IMG/VR virus record: IMGVR_UViG_3300049846_002130
Location: 64,001 to 128,000 of that record
DNA length: 64,000 nt
Reading direction: 5' to 3' (one strand)
Source of the DNA: a virus
The notes beneath the pieces were generated by a model. It was not told where the DNA came from, searched no databases, and saw only the letters and a list, made by a program, of their open reading frames with translations. Every line of letters begins with the position of its first letter. The first letter of the stretch is position 1. Of the stretch, positions 1-9,906 are shown piece after piece. The position numbers and the translations under genes are program-made.

Positions 1-49
1 CTTGTAGACATGAGTGCAATAGCCAGTAGCTTGGTTATATAGGTGATAT

Positions 50-475
50 ATGGCCAATTATTCAAAGATTGTTGATTTATATTTTACTGAAAGTGGCGAC
101 TACTTTCTTGGTCAGGATGGAGATATAGCTGATACCAAAGATGAGCTATACCGTGGATTTATCCAGATGGCTCATACAATTATTTCTTCTAGTACCAATG
201 ATTGGAAGTTAGAGCAGATAGGAGCCAACCTGACTTCATTTTTGGGCAAGCCCAATAATCCAGACCTAGCAAGAAGAATACAAGATAGTATATATACTGA
301 AATAGCCAGACATAAGCTGGTTCGTTCTGCGGAACTTAAAGTTGAAGTTCTTCCTATTTCTGAGTCTGCAATAGCTATTGCTATTTTCTTTACACCTTCC
401 GGAACCACCAAGAGAATTACATTAACGTATACCTATGATGTCCGGGATAATAAAATAATGATTAGGAATGTCTGA
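50..475 (+). CDS. Baseplate wedge / sheath-initiator protein (gp25-like)
   Basis: 141 aa directly upstream of baseplate J; size, position and the LYFTESGD...GANL..FLG pattern fit gp25-like proteins. Confidence 0.55.
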   Translation: MANYSKIVDLYFTESGDYFLGQDGDIADTKDELYRGFIQMAHTIISSSTNDWKLEQIGANLTSFLGKPNNPDLARRIQDSIYTEIARHKLVRSAELKVEVLPISESAIAIAIFFTPSGTTKRITLTYTYDVRDNKIMIRNV

Positions 476-1698
476 TGCCAGCACTAGCTCATAAAAACCC
501 AATAGAACTTTTAAGAAGATTCAGAGATGAGTTTTTAACAAAAACAGCTATTACTAATTTTGATAGGCTAAGTAAAACACGGGCTCATTCTGATGCTGTT
601 ACTGATGGGTTCTTAACACTTAGAGAAGAGGCTATTCGAGTAACTCGAAGCCAGGATCCTCTTTTTGCTAAAGGCAGAGATCTTGATGTTTTAGGTGAGC
701 GACTAGGAGTGCTTCGTTTAAAGGCAACATTTGCACAGTCGCAAAGTAGCGAACGTTGTTTTGCGTTCTATGTTTCTAGTGGAACCTTTGGAAATATTAA
801 TTCAAACAATCCTATTTCTATTCCTGCTGGGGAAATAGTATTTACAGATCCAAATCAAAACGAACTTGGCGCATATGTTCAATATGCTTTAACTGAATCG
901 ATTGTGCTTCCTGTTGATACTGCTATAGCTTATATCTCTGTTAAAGCTACGGTTATTGGAGCTGGGTCCAACATTGGAAGTAAAGTTATTAGAAACCATA
1001 ACTTTACCAGCTATACAGATTCTGCTGCCCGGTCACTAAAGATTATTAACTTCTATCCTGTTCTTAATGGTTCAAATGATGAACCTGATGATATCTATAG
1101 GTTTCGAATAGTTAATTTTTACACATCACTTTTGCAGGTTAACGAACAGAAGATAAGGCTTTTGGGTCTAGAAGTTCCTGGTGTTTTAAATGTTAGAGTT
1201 GAACCAGCCTACTATGGAATAGGTACCGCTGGTGCCTTAGTGCTGGGAGCTGAAAACCAAAGTAACCCAAGCTTGGTAGCAGCAGTGCAAAGTAAGATTG
1301 GACAATGGCAGATGCCGGGTGCAGTTATAATAGCTACTGCTGCAACAGAGGTATTCTTTGATTTTAGTATTCGTGTAAGGCCTCACAAGACTCTTACTAC
1401 AAATGAAACTGCCAGGGTTAGAGCCGAACTCAACAAAGCATTTTTAGCATATTTTAAAACTATTAGTTTAGGTGGAACTATAGACCTTGGACTTATTCTA
1501 AAGTATATTCAGAAGAACATCCAGCAGTTTGCTGCTGTCAATCTAAAGGACAGAGAACAAACACTTCGCAAAGTGTTTGTTCGTAAAGGCTATTCTGGAA
1601 GCACAACAGATGAAAGGTCAAAAGTAGTAGGCACAACTTATACACTGGATAGTAATGAGTTCCCTCGGCTAGGTACCTTTGAAGTTGAGATAGCTTAA
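475..1698 (+). CDS. Baseplate J-like protein
   Basis: DLDVLGERLGVLRLKATFA, A...G..GN, G...E.DD.YR.RI and GIGT motifs of baseplate J proteins. Confidence 0.85.
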   Translation: MPALAHKNPIELLRRFRDEFLTKTAITNFDRLSKTRAHSDAVTDGFLTLREEAIRVTRSQDPLFAKGRDLDVLGERLGVLRLKATFAQSQSSERCFAFYVSSGTFGNINSNNPISIPAGEIVFTDPNQNELGAYVQYALTESIVLPVDTAIAYISVKATVIGAGSNIGSKVIRNHNFTSYTDSAARSLKIINFYPVLNGSNDEPDDIYRFRIVNFYTSLLQVNEQKIRLLGLEVPGVLNVRVEPAYYGIGTAGALVLGAENQSNPSLVAAVQSKIGQWQMPGAVIIATAATEVFFDFSIRVRPHKTLTTNETARVRAELNKAFLAYFKTISLGGTIDLGLILKYIQKNIQQFAAVNLKDREQTLRKVFVRKGYSGSTTDERSKVVGTTYTLDSNEFPRLGTFEVEIA

Positions 1699-3290
1699 TG
1701 ATTACTCAACGATTAGTAAATACCTATCCTTCTTGGTCTAAGATTCGTAAAGATCCAAGTAGCTTTGGATTTAGATACAGCTCTGTGGCTGGAGAACACT
1801 TTGATTTTGTTTATTCAGAGTTAAAACAAAACTATCTTTCATTCCAGCTTTTAAAAGAGGGTCTTGGACTTGAGGCTCTCTGGCAGATAGACTTAAGTAA
1901 AGACGATTACATACTCTCAACTTCAACAACTGGTGGAAGTTTGAGTTGGGCTTATCCTCAAGTAGTCGGGGATCTCATTGCTCTTGAGAGAATAGAATCT
2001 TTAGAAGAGCTTTACTGGAGTTTACCAACAAGAATCGGACAGCAAGAGGTCTTTACATCTGATTTTATAATTGCGACAAAAACTTATCTAGAACCACCTG
2101 TAATAAACACTATGTCTGTTAGTAGCCGGCTACGCGTAAGGATAACCAATTCTACAAATTGGTTTAAGAGAACAAGCTTTCTTAATAGGCTTGAGCCTGG
2201 CATTCATCGGGTAGTAATTGAGGGCTACGATATTAATGGTGATCTAGTAAGAGAACATCTAGACGTTCTTGATGATGGAGATTACTTTACAAGAAATATA
2301 TTCAGCGAGATTCTTGATGTAGACAGTCAGGGCTTTGATGGCGACATTACACTAGATATGTATAGCGATAAAGTAACCTTGGAGGATCCGTTTCATTTTG
2401 GTATTAGTGACTCTGGCCTCGAAGGGCCACTCTATCTTGAACTAAGCAATAACCTTATTTCTAATACTGGAGAGATAGCTTATTATACTACCTTGGTAAA
2501 ACAAGGAGAAAATTATAAAGATGGAATGAGTGAGATTCCATATAATAGAGAAGACCTGTGGGTACAGGCTCTGTTTGATTCTAGTGGAGATGAGATAGAA
2601 GTTGTGGATATAACAATTAATCCAAACACAACTCGCCTTTATGCTCTTGATAGTAGTGGGAACATACATATTTACGAATATGGTCTTCAACGGTTTACAC
2701 CTCCTACTCAACAAGACTCCTTAACAAAAGCTACGTATATTGATATAGATGCAACACAGCCCTGGGCATCATATGGGCAAACATTAATGATGTTTACCAG
2801 ATTTAATCGTCCAAGATTTCCCGTAAGTAGTGTTCAAATAAAAAGGATTAGTCCAAGTGGTATAATAAATTATCTGCAAGCGGATAAAACATGGTCTGTA
2901 AGTAATTACAGTTTTCCAGGAGACCCAAATGCTAAAGGACTTTTTGAAAATACTTTTAAAGATATCACCTTTGATAATGAGTTTGATGAGTATGGTCAGT
3001 GGGAATTCTATTGCACTACAAATACTGTCCATGACACTACCGTATCTTATACCGGGGTAATGGTTGATTCATTAACAGCTCTTACTACTCTTAGTACTGG
3101 ATTAGATGAGGTAGTATCTATAAATTACTCACACGATAACTATCTTGTTGTAGCTGTTGAGCCATTAATAATTAATGATCCCTATACTCTTTATAAATAT
3201 AAAGAGTACTCTGATGTTTTTCTTGCTGATGAAGAAAATCAATCTTTGTTCTTTAGAGAAGAGTATGCCAATATAGAGGTAAGTTATTAA
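1698..3290 (+). CDS. Virion structural (baseplate-associated) protein
   Basis: 530 aa, TAATG-coupled within the baseplate cluster; no specific motif recognised. Confidence 0.45.
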   Translation: MITQRLVNTYPSWSKIRKDPSSFGFRYSSVAGEHFDFVYSELKQNYLSFQLLKEGLGLEALWQIDLSKDDYILSTSTTGGSLSWAYPQVVGDLIALERIESLEELYWSLPTRIGQQEVFTSDFIIATKTYLEPPVINTMSVSSRLRVRITNSTNWFKRTSFLNRLEPGIHRVVIEGYDINGDLVREHLDVLDDGDYFTRNIFSEILDVDSQGFDGDITLDMYSDKVTLEDPFHFGISDSGLEGPLYLELSNNLISNTGEIAYYTTLVKQGENYKDGMSEIPYNREDLWVQALFDSSGDEIEVVDITINPNTTRLYALDSSGNIHIYEYGLQRFTPPTQQDSLTKATYIDIDATQPWASYGQTLMMFTRFNRPRFPVSSVQIKRISPSGIINYLQADKTWSVSNYSFPGDPNAKGLFENTFKDITFDNEFDEYGQWEFYCTTNTVHDTTVSYTGVMVDSLTALTTLSTGLDEVVSINYSHDNYLVVAVEPLIINDPYTLYKYKEYSDVFLADEENQSLFFREEYANIEVSY

Positions 3291-4162
3291 TGTCTTATAC
3301 CCCTATTAAACAACAGCCAAGAAACGATTTGGATATTCTAGGAACCTATCTAGGTTTTAATAGACTAAAAGATGAGTCACTTTCTGATTACCGTCGACGG
3401 CTTCTGGGCGAAACAGTAGATCGTTCGGGCGCCACTCAGAAAGAGCTAGTCAGCACACTTTCACGACGAGTTGGAAAGTTTGATCTCCCTGTGTTTGATA
3501 TTGACTTATTAACAGACGGAGATGGTGTTCCTTTAGCTTCAAATCCTATGATTGAAGTTACAAGCAGTCATATTCGAGCTTATCCAGTAGTTGGTGAAGA
3601 TCCTGAAATCGAATTAAACTTCTATAACCCATCTGATGGTAAATTTTTAATAGACATACTAACAGCCTTTTCGGGTAGTAGCTATTTTTCCATTACTTCT
3701 TTGGCTAATTATGAGCCATGGTTAGTCTCGAGAAACCTACAGTTTGGGTCAAGTGTTAACTATGTAGATAGAGAAATCTTATTAGACTCTGTTGAAAATA
3801 AGTTAAAATATAATTTTATTCTTAATCTATATCCTACTAATCCTCAGATATTTGTTACTGAAGTAATGTCTTTAAATGAGGTTACCGAATTAGGTAAATA
3901 CTATGTCGACTATCAGAATGGTGTCATATTTACTTACAGTACTATGGGTGGGATTGTAAGTTATTTTTACAATCAGTTTCCCTATAGGCTATTCTGGCAA
4001 CCCATAAAGATATATCCATATACCGATGTAGACAAAAAGTATTTTCACAGAAATACCGTTATTGATGATGATGGTAATCTTGCATATCAAAGTCTCAACT
4101 CTAAAGGTGTCGAGGTAGCTAATTTGGTATACTCTGCTCATCCACTTACATGGGGTAAATAA
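3290..4162 (+). CDS. Baseplate/tail protein (P2 gpI-like N-terminal motif)
   Basis: LDILGTYLGFNRLKDESLSDYRRRLL matches the LD..G...G..R...E.D..YR.R pattern. Confidence 0.55.
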   Translation: MSYTPIKQQPRNDLDILGTYLGFNRLKDESLSDYRRRLLGETVDRSGATQKELVSTLSRRVGKFDLPVFDIDLLTDGDGVPLASNPMIEVTSSHIRAYPVVGEDPEIELNFYNPSDGKFLIDILTAFSGSSYFSITSLANYEPWLVSRNLQFGSSVNYVDREILLDSVENKLKYNFILNLYPTNPQIFVTEVMSLNEVTELGKYYVDYQNGVIFTYSTMGGIVSYFYNQFPYRLFWQPIKIYPYTDVDKKYFHRNTVIDDDGNLAYQSLNSKGVEVANLVYSAHPLTWGK

Positions 4163-7100
4163 TGGCAATAAGTATTTCTGGAGCAGCTAACACTCTTGTA
4201 ACCGATCAGCGGATGCCTCTATCTGTTTTTCTTTCAGGCACCTTTCCTTTAGCTGAAGAGCCTATGGAGGTAGAGGTCACGAGTGAGGACCTTAGCTATT
4301 CTGATACTTTTTCAGTTACAGTTGTTGGTGAAGCTTTAGCTTTTAACGCTACAACTATTCCAACTGTTCCTGGTGGTAGGTATAGTGCTAAGGTCTATGA
4401 GGTTGGAAATCCAAGTAACTTCGATACCTTTCAGTGGTATATTGTTACTGATAGTTTCTCAGATTCTGATCCAGCCGATATAACTTTTATTGGCTTCGAA
4501 CACAAGGAAGCTCAGCGAGATCCCAGTGACCCTCAAAATCCTCCAGGAGATTGGCTTTGGCCATATGACCAGCCAGGGACTTACTACGATAACTATGAGT
4601 TCCACGATGGAGACTACAAGTCTGTTCTTAGATTCAGCAGTGATTGGTCGCATAAGAGTCCGGGAGGGTTTGGCGGAGACTACTCATTAAAAGTTGGCGG
4701 AGGCGTATATGCACCTTACTATCCATCTTATAGTGGTAATACATATATGTCTTTCTTCCTTTGTCGAGGAGATACATCTTCTAGAGAAGTTAGATATATT
4801 TGGCGGCCAGATCCCTTTTTCGGTGCAGGGTTTATAGAAATAGACTTTATGTCTCATGGGTCTGATAGTCTTGGTGGCTACCTATATTTGTTTCAAGATG
4901 GAGCTGTTGAGCTTTATGATAGTGACTCAAATGTTTGGTATGGGTCGGTAGATCCTACCAATGGTGTTGAGAGTGAGTGGAAGTGGACCATTACTTTTGA
5001 TAACCCAGGTAGTATCAAGTTAGAAGTAGGCGGTGTAACTATTGTAGAAGGCACTGGAAACTTTGACAATAATACAGGTGAGGGTCTTGGAAGTATGCTT
5101 ATCGCCCTCCAGGGAGACTTAAGTGCCGACGCTCAGTATTATATAGACGATCTTTTATGTTTTCCGGCGGGTACTTTATCTTCGACACCTAAGTATGTGC
5201 TAGGTGTAAGTCCATCGTCTGATGCTTCAGTTGTTTCAACTCCAAGCTCAGGTTCTATTCGAAACGCAATGGTTAATGAAGATGGAGCTGCATTTGATGA
5301 TGGTGACTACGTTACTTTTACCACCGCTAACTCGACTGATCTTTATGGGATTGAATTTCCTTGGGATGGGATAGTTTGGGGGGTTGTCGCCTTAGGCAAG
5401 CAACAAAGTGATACTACTGACTATCAAGCTACTTTTAGACATACGCTAAGTGATGGTACTAACACTATTTATGGCATGCTCAAAGCTAATAGTATAGGTA
5501 CAGCTGATTATAGAACCTTAAGTAGTGCATTCGACCTGTCACCAAGTGGCGAAACTTGGACAGGGGAAGCTGTTAGTAACCTACTAGTTGGTATCAAAAC
5601 AATAGATATGGTGAGTAGTAATACTCGCTTATCTTGGTACGGTATTGAAGTTTTATGTGATGAGTTAACAGCAGCTATACCAGAAGAGCCAGAACCGGAA
5701 CCAACACCTGCCGAGTACACAGATATCTTAGTGTCACTAAATATATTTAATACAGATTTATCCTCTCTTACCTTAGACCACTCTGGTTTCCTTTGGGATC
5801 GTAGACGCTTAGAAGACTCTTTAGATATAAAGACTAAGTATGAAACTACTTTTGGAGCAGAGGAGTCTGGTATTCGAGATGGTATTCATTTTGACTGGTT
5901 CTCTTCTGGTGTAACAGCAGGATGCAAATACAAGCAGCTGACAAACAAGTATGTGGGAGATTATAAGACTTGGACGCCTGTTGTAGAAAGAGGAATCTAC
6001 AACACTTCTTATCACTTAAAACCTTTGTTTAGTGATTATAGCTATACCTCTAAGTTTGCTACAGATATTCTTGAAGAAGACTCTATGTATCATGTGTTAC
6101 ATAATGATGTAGTCTACTCAACAATAAGAGTTGCTATCTACAAGCGCGATAAAAACCTTATTAATCCATTTTGGGTCTTCAGTCAAGTTGAAGAATTTGA
6201 TGGAGATATTGTTGATGGTGAGCGGACAACCAGAGGTCTTAGTGGATGGGAAACTAATGGGAATCAACGTAAAAAACAATTTAAAGTTGTAGACAATAAA
6301 GTCTATCTAAATGGTAGTCATTATGTTGATCGTCAAATTAACTCCTCCGCCTTGCCAGACACCTATCCTCAGTTTGTAACTGAATATCTTGGACAGAGTA
6401 CGGGACAAGGGACAGTTTTGTTTACTCAATTTCTTCCTGTCCAGCCAGACAGTGTCAGGCTTTGGGTTAAGTTTGGAGACCAATATACAGAGCTAGAAGA
6501 GATTGAAATCTTAGACTACCAGACTGCTCAAGTGCAGGGTTATCAATTTGATCATGATCTCGGTCAGTTTATTTTGACTGGCTATCAAGCTCCACCAGCT
6601 TATTTAACTCAAGATCTCTTAATTACAGATACAACTGTTCATATGAAGACAGAAAATCTATACCTTGATAATTATCCTAAACGAGGTGTAATCCAAGTAG
6701 GTACCGAACGTATTCTTTATACGGATAGAACAAGAACAGAGCTTGTTGATTGTATTCGTGGATATGATAATACCTCTCCTGGTACATATAGTTCTGGATA
6801 CCCTATATCTCATGTAAAGCAAGGAGCTGATGTTGTTGGCCATCTTTATGTGGAATATAAAGCGGTTCCCAGAATAGACTACGAGATAACTAACCATGAT
6901 CTAAGAACAGCTAATAGAGTTGGCTGGTTAGATATTAGGCCCATAAAGAATGTAAATACTAATAGTCTTCTTCAGATATATCCTGGTCAACAGAATATTG
7001 ACCATATTGATCTGTCTACAACTGCACCTCTGTTGGGCGGAGATCTTTACGGTCCTATATATTTGGGAACCAATACTGCACAGTTAACTGCTACAGTCTA

Positions 7101-8124
7101 TGATAGTTTTGGTCTTCCCGTAGATGACCAATTTGTAACTATAAGACTTTTAGAGGGTGCAGGTTATTTAAATGGTATTGAGTCTGCGTATAAAGGACTT
7201 ACAAATAGTAATGGTCAGATTTTTGCAGATTATTCTATTCCCTATGAAAGTCGATTTGTTGAATCTTATCCAATTGAGATTAGTCATTCTGGGGCCGATA
7301 CCTTAATGACATTGCGTCAAATTGATGGTCAACTAACACCAGAAGATGTTTGGATTTTCCAAATTCTCAAACACGATAAGCTTATTGGTTCGGTTGGATT
7401 AGAGTTATCGGTAACAGATGAAGGCTCTGCTAGTTTACCTTATGGGCAGTATTTCTATACTGTTGACGGATATCTGGATGACAGCTATCTTGGTGGACTT
7501 GTCCGGACAGAGATTTCTAATGTAATCGAATGGAGAGAAATTGTTTGGCTTGAACAGATATTTGATACAACGAACAAAACAAAAGTTTATGTTGATGCTG
7601 GTGGAGCTGTTGGTCCTACAAGTATAAAGGTCTTCAAAAAAGATGAAATAATCTGGAACCCTGTTTTATTAAATGGTGTCCGCCGAATACTTTATACTTA
7701 TGACCCATCTGCAAAGCATCCACTTACGGGTTTGCTAGGGGCCTATTTTCCTGTTCATCCAGATGAAATAGATGGTAATGTTCTTATTTTCAACAACAAA
7801 TTATTACCTCTACCTGATTCAACTGATGATACTAACAATCTTGGGGGATATGTTGTAGTTACTGGACATGAAGCTTTGGCTCGAGCAGAGACAACAGACC
7901 CCCTAACAGGGTGGCTTAAGACATCAAACTCTCTACGATTTTCTGTTCGTATTCCTAGCTTTCTTGTTGGAGTTAGTAATGAGGATGGAATTTATGTTCC
8001 TCATGGGTTTAAACTTATAAGCGAAAGCTTTAACCAGGGAAGTGGACTAGGTCTTCCAAACTTTATAACTATAAATCCTGCTGCATCTGGTATTAACCAG
8101 CTAAACATTCAATTAAGTATATGA
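4162..8124 (+). CDS. Large modular virion protein (beta-rich N-terminal module, PEEPEPEPTP linker, Ig-like segment)
   Basis: 1320 aa; Pro/Glu linker at about 5680-5709; Ig-like TAQLTATVYD..G.PV...FVT segment; operon context. Confidence 0.5.
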   Translation: MAISISGAANTLVTDQRMPLSVFLSGTFPLAEEPMEVEVTSEDLSYSDTFSVTVVGEALAFNATTIPTVPGGRYSAKVYEVGNPSNFDTFQWYIVTDSFSDSDPADITFIGFEHKEAQRDPSDPQNPPGDWLWPYDQPGTYYDNYEFHDGDYKSVLRFSSDWSHKSPGGFGGDYSLKVGGGVYAPYYPSYSGNTYMSFFLCRGDTSSREVRYIWRPDPFFGAGFIEIDFMSHGSDSLGGYLYLFQDGAVELYDSDSNVWYGSVDPTNGVESEWKWTITFDNPGSIKLEVGGVTIVEGTGNFDNNTGEGLGSMLIALQGDLSADAQYYIDDLLCFPAGTLSSTPKYVLGVSPSSDASVVSTPSSGSIRNAMVNEDGAAFDDGDYVTFTTANSTDLYGIEFPWDGIVWGVVALGKQQSDTTDYQATFRHTLSDGTNTIYGMLKANSIGTADYRTLSSAFDLSPSGETWTGEAVSNLLVGIKTIDMVSSNTRLSWYGIEVLCDELTAAIPEEPEPEPTPAEYTDILVSLNIFNTDLSSLTLDHSGFLWDRRRLEDSLDIKTKYETTFGAEESGIRDGIHFDWFSSGVTAGCKYKQLTNKYVGDYKTWTPVVERGIYNTSYHLKPLFSDYSYTSKFATDILEEDSMYHVLHNDVVYSTIRVAIYKRDKNLINPFWVFSQVEEFDGDIVDGERTTRGLSGWETNGNQRKKQFKVVDNKVYLNGSHYVDRQINSSALPDTYPQFVTEYLGQSTGQGTVLFTQFLPVQPDSVRLWVKFGDQYTELEEIEILDYQTAQVQGYQFDHDLGQFILTGYQAPPAYLTQDLLITDTTVHMKTENLYLDNYPKRGVIQVGTERILYTDRTRTELVDCIRGYDNTSPGTYSSGYPISHVKQGADVVGHLYVEYKAVPRIDYEITNHDLRTANRVGWLDIRPIKNVNTNSLLQIYPGQQNIDHIDLSTTAPLLGGDLYGPIYLGTNTAQLTATVYDSFGLPVDDQFVTIRLLEGAGYLNGIESAYKGLTNSNGQIFADYSIPYESRFVESYPIEISHSGADTLMTLRQIDGQLTPEDVWIFQILKHDKLIGSVGLELSVTDEGSASLPYGQYFYTVDGYLDDSYLGGLVRTEISNVIEWREIVWLEQIFDTTNKTKVYVDAGGAVGPTSIKVFKKDEIIWNPVLLNGVRRILYTYDPSAKHPLTGLLGAYFPVHPDEIDGNVLIFNNKLLPLPDSTDDTNNLGGYVVVTGHEALARAETTDPLTGWLKTSNSLRFSVRIPSFLVGVSNEDGIYVPHGFKLISESFNQGSGLGLPNFITINPAASGINQLNIQLSI

Positions 8125-8131
8125 GGAATTA

Positions 8132-9895
8132 ATGTCTGATAAGTTATCTCCTACTATGTCTGTAGAAGTTTCGTTTATAGATTCAGAGGCTCCTACTGGG
8201 CGGAAGTTAAGTGCAATTAGCTCTCAGTTAAAGAGAGTATCTACATTGCTTGAGCAATCAGTTGGTGATATCCATTCTCAGAGCTGGCCATATAGTTCTA
8301 GTAATACTAGTACACTATCTGTTAAGTGGGGGCTAAGGGGTACAACTGGAGCACCTTTAAGTTCATCGGATTATCGGTTTCTCGACATAGCTAATATTGC
8401 TCGTCTTATAGGTCCAAGCTCAAATCTAAACCCACGCTTTTTAGGCGGCGAACAAACAATAACCGAGGATATTCCTGCTGACGTACATGAGTTTTTGCTT
8501 TCTCATCCTGTTACCGTAAGGAATTCTAGCAATCCTATAATCACGGACCCTGGACTTACCAATTGGGTTAGTGGTCCATCTAATATTACTTCTGCGGGTG
8601 ACTACTGGGTTAGTGCCAATGGTAGGGTATTCAGTCATACGGCTACAACTGGTGGAACCATTACCTATACATTGAATCCCAATAAATGGAACGGTGGTAA
8701 GAATTATGCTCAGGCGAAGTTTAATGTAATTCCAGATCCCAATCAGCTAACTGCTGGTGGAGATGGTTGTGCTATAGGAGCCCTAACGCCCCAAAGCCGC
8801 TATCCGGTTACCCTTCCAATATGTACTCATCAACAGTCTAATCTTGCTATTACTTCAGTTGTTTTAAATACGGCTGATATAAACTATAGCCAACAGCTAG
8901 AGTTGCCGGTAGTGTTGGTCAACAACTTTACTTCTGGGGACTCGATACCTAGTGGGTTCTTATACCTTAAGAATTGGACAACTAATGAAATGTATGAAGA
9001 TGCTACCTACTTCTACGACACAGAATCTTCTATAGAAGTTGGCAATGTCGATCTTTCAGACGCTATAGCATCTGGGGATAAATTCTGTATTGTTACTGTT
9101 GGTACTGATATAACAACATCTATAGATGATCTTCGTAATAAAATGTTTCATAATCACGATAGAACTCATGGAGAGCCTTTCGTCGTTGCAGAAGGTATTG
9201 CTGGTCAAGTAGCTCAAGAGGGGGAGTCTGGGCCATTTACTTATTCGAATAGGCCTGGAAATTACTTCCCACAGTATCTACATAGAGATGGTTATACTGA
9301 TACCTATGACAACAATATCAATGCCCGAAATGCTATGCGGGGCGATATTATGTTTGGTTTGTCGCCAGCTACTCTTGGAGCTTATCTTGGTAGTACTGGT
9401 GAAACATATGGGCTAAGATTTGGTGGTATCTCCAATGAGGCCCGGATCTATAGAAACTCTGATGATGATTTACAGTTTACTACTGGCTCTTCAGCTCGGG
9501 CTCATAAGTTTACCGGTGGTCGAGTAGTCTCTACTGTTGGTTTTGCTGGGGACGAAGTTGGATTAATTGGTCCTGTACCATATGCTAGTTATGCTACTTT
9601 CACTCCTAGTGGAACCTGGGCAACTGCTGCTGTGGACAGTCCTCATCAGTTTGTTTTAACAGCTGGGTTAGAGTCAAAGAGTTGGTACCATGTAACTATT
9701 GCCTTTAATCCTACTGGAGATAAGTGGATTCCTCCACATCAAGATATTATTGTTGGAGAGTGGGCATATAATATCTACTGGGAAGAGACGGCAGGGGTTA
9801 GCAGTCTATTCGTTAATTTTACAGCAGCTGAGTGGGCAGGGTTAGCTGGAGCTGTTCCCGTACCTTATAGAATTTTTGTCCAGTATGAAGCTTAA
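8132..9895 (+). CDS. Virion structural / tail-associated protein
   Basis: 587 aa, Gly/Ser/Thr-rich; operon context. Confidence 0.45.
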   Translation: MSDKLSPTMSVEVSFIDSEAPTGRKLSAISSQLKRVSTLLEQSVGDIHSQSWPYSSSNTSTLSVKWGLRGTTGAPLSSSDYRFLDIANIARLIGPSSNLNPRFLGGEQTITEDIPADVHEFLLSHPVTVRNSSNPIITDPGLTNWVSGPSNITSAGDYWVSANGRVFSHTATTGGTITYTLNPNKWNGGKNYAQAKFNVIPDPNQLTAGGDGCAIGALTPQSRYPVTLPICTHQQSNLAITSVVLNTADINYSQQLELPVVLVNNFTSGDSIPSGFLYLKNWTTNEMYEDATYFYDTESSIEVGNVDLSDAIASGDKFCIVTVGTDITTSIDDLRNKMFHNHDRTHGEPFVVAEGIAGQVAQEGESGPFTYSNRPGNYFPQYLHRDGYTDTYDNNINARNAMRGDIMFGLSPATLGAYLGSTGETYGLRFGGISNEARIYRNSDDDLQFTTGSSARAHKFTGGRVVSTVGFAGDEVGLIGPVPYASYATFTPSGTWATAAVDSPHQFVLTAGLESKSWYHVTIAFNPTGDKWIPPHQDIIVGEWAYNIYWEETAGVSSLFVNFTAAEWAGLAGAVPVPYRIFVQYEA

Positions 9896-9906
9896 GGGGC
9901 ATTAAT

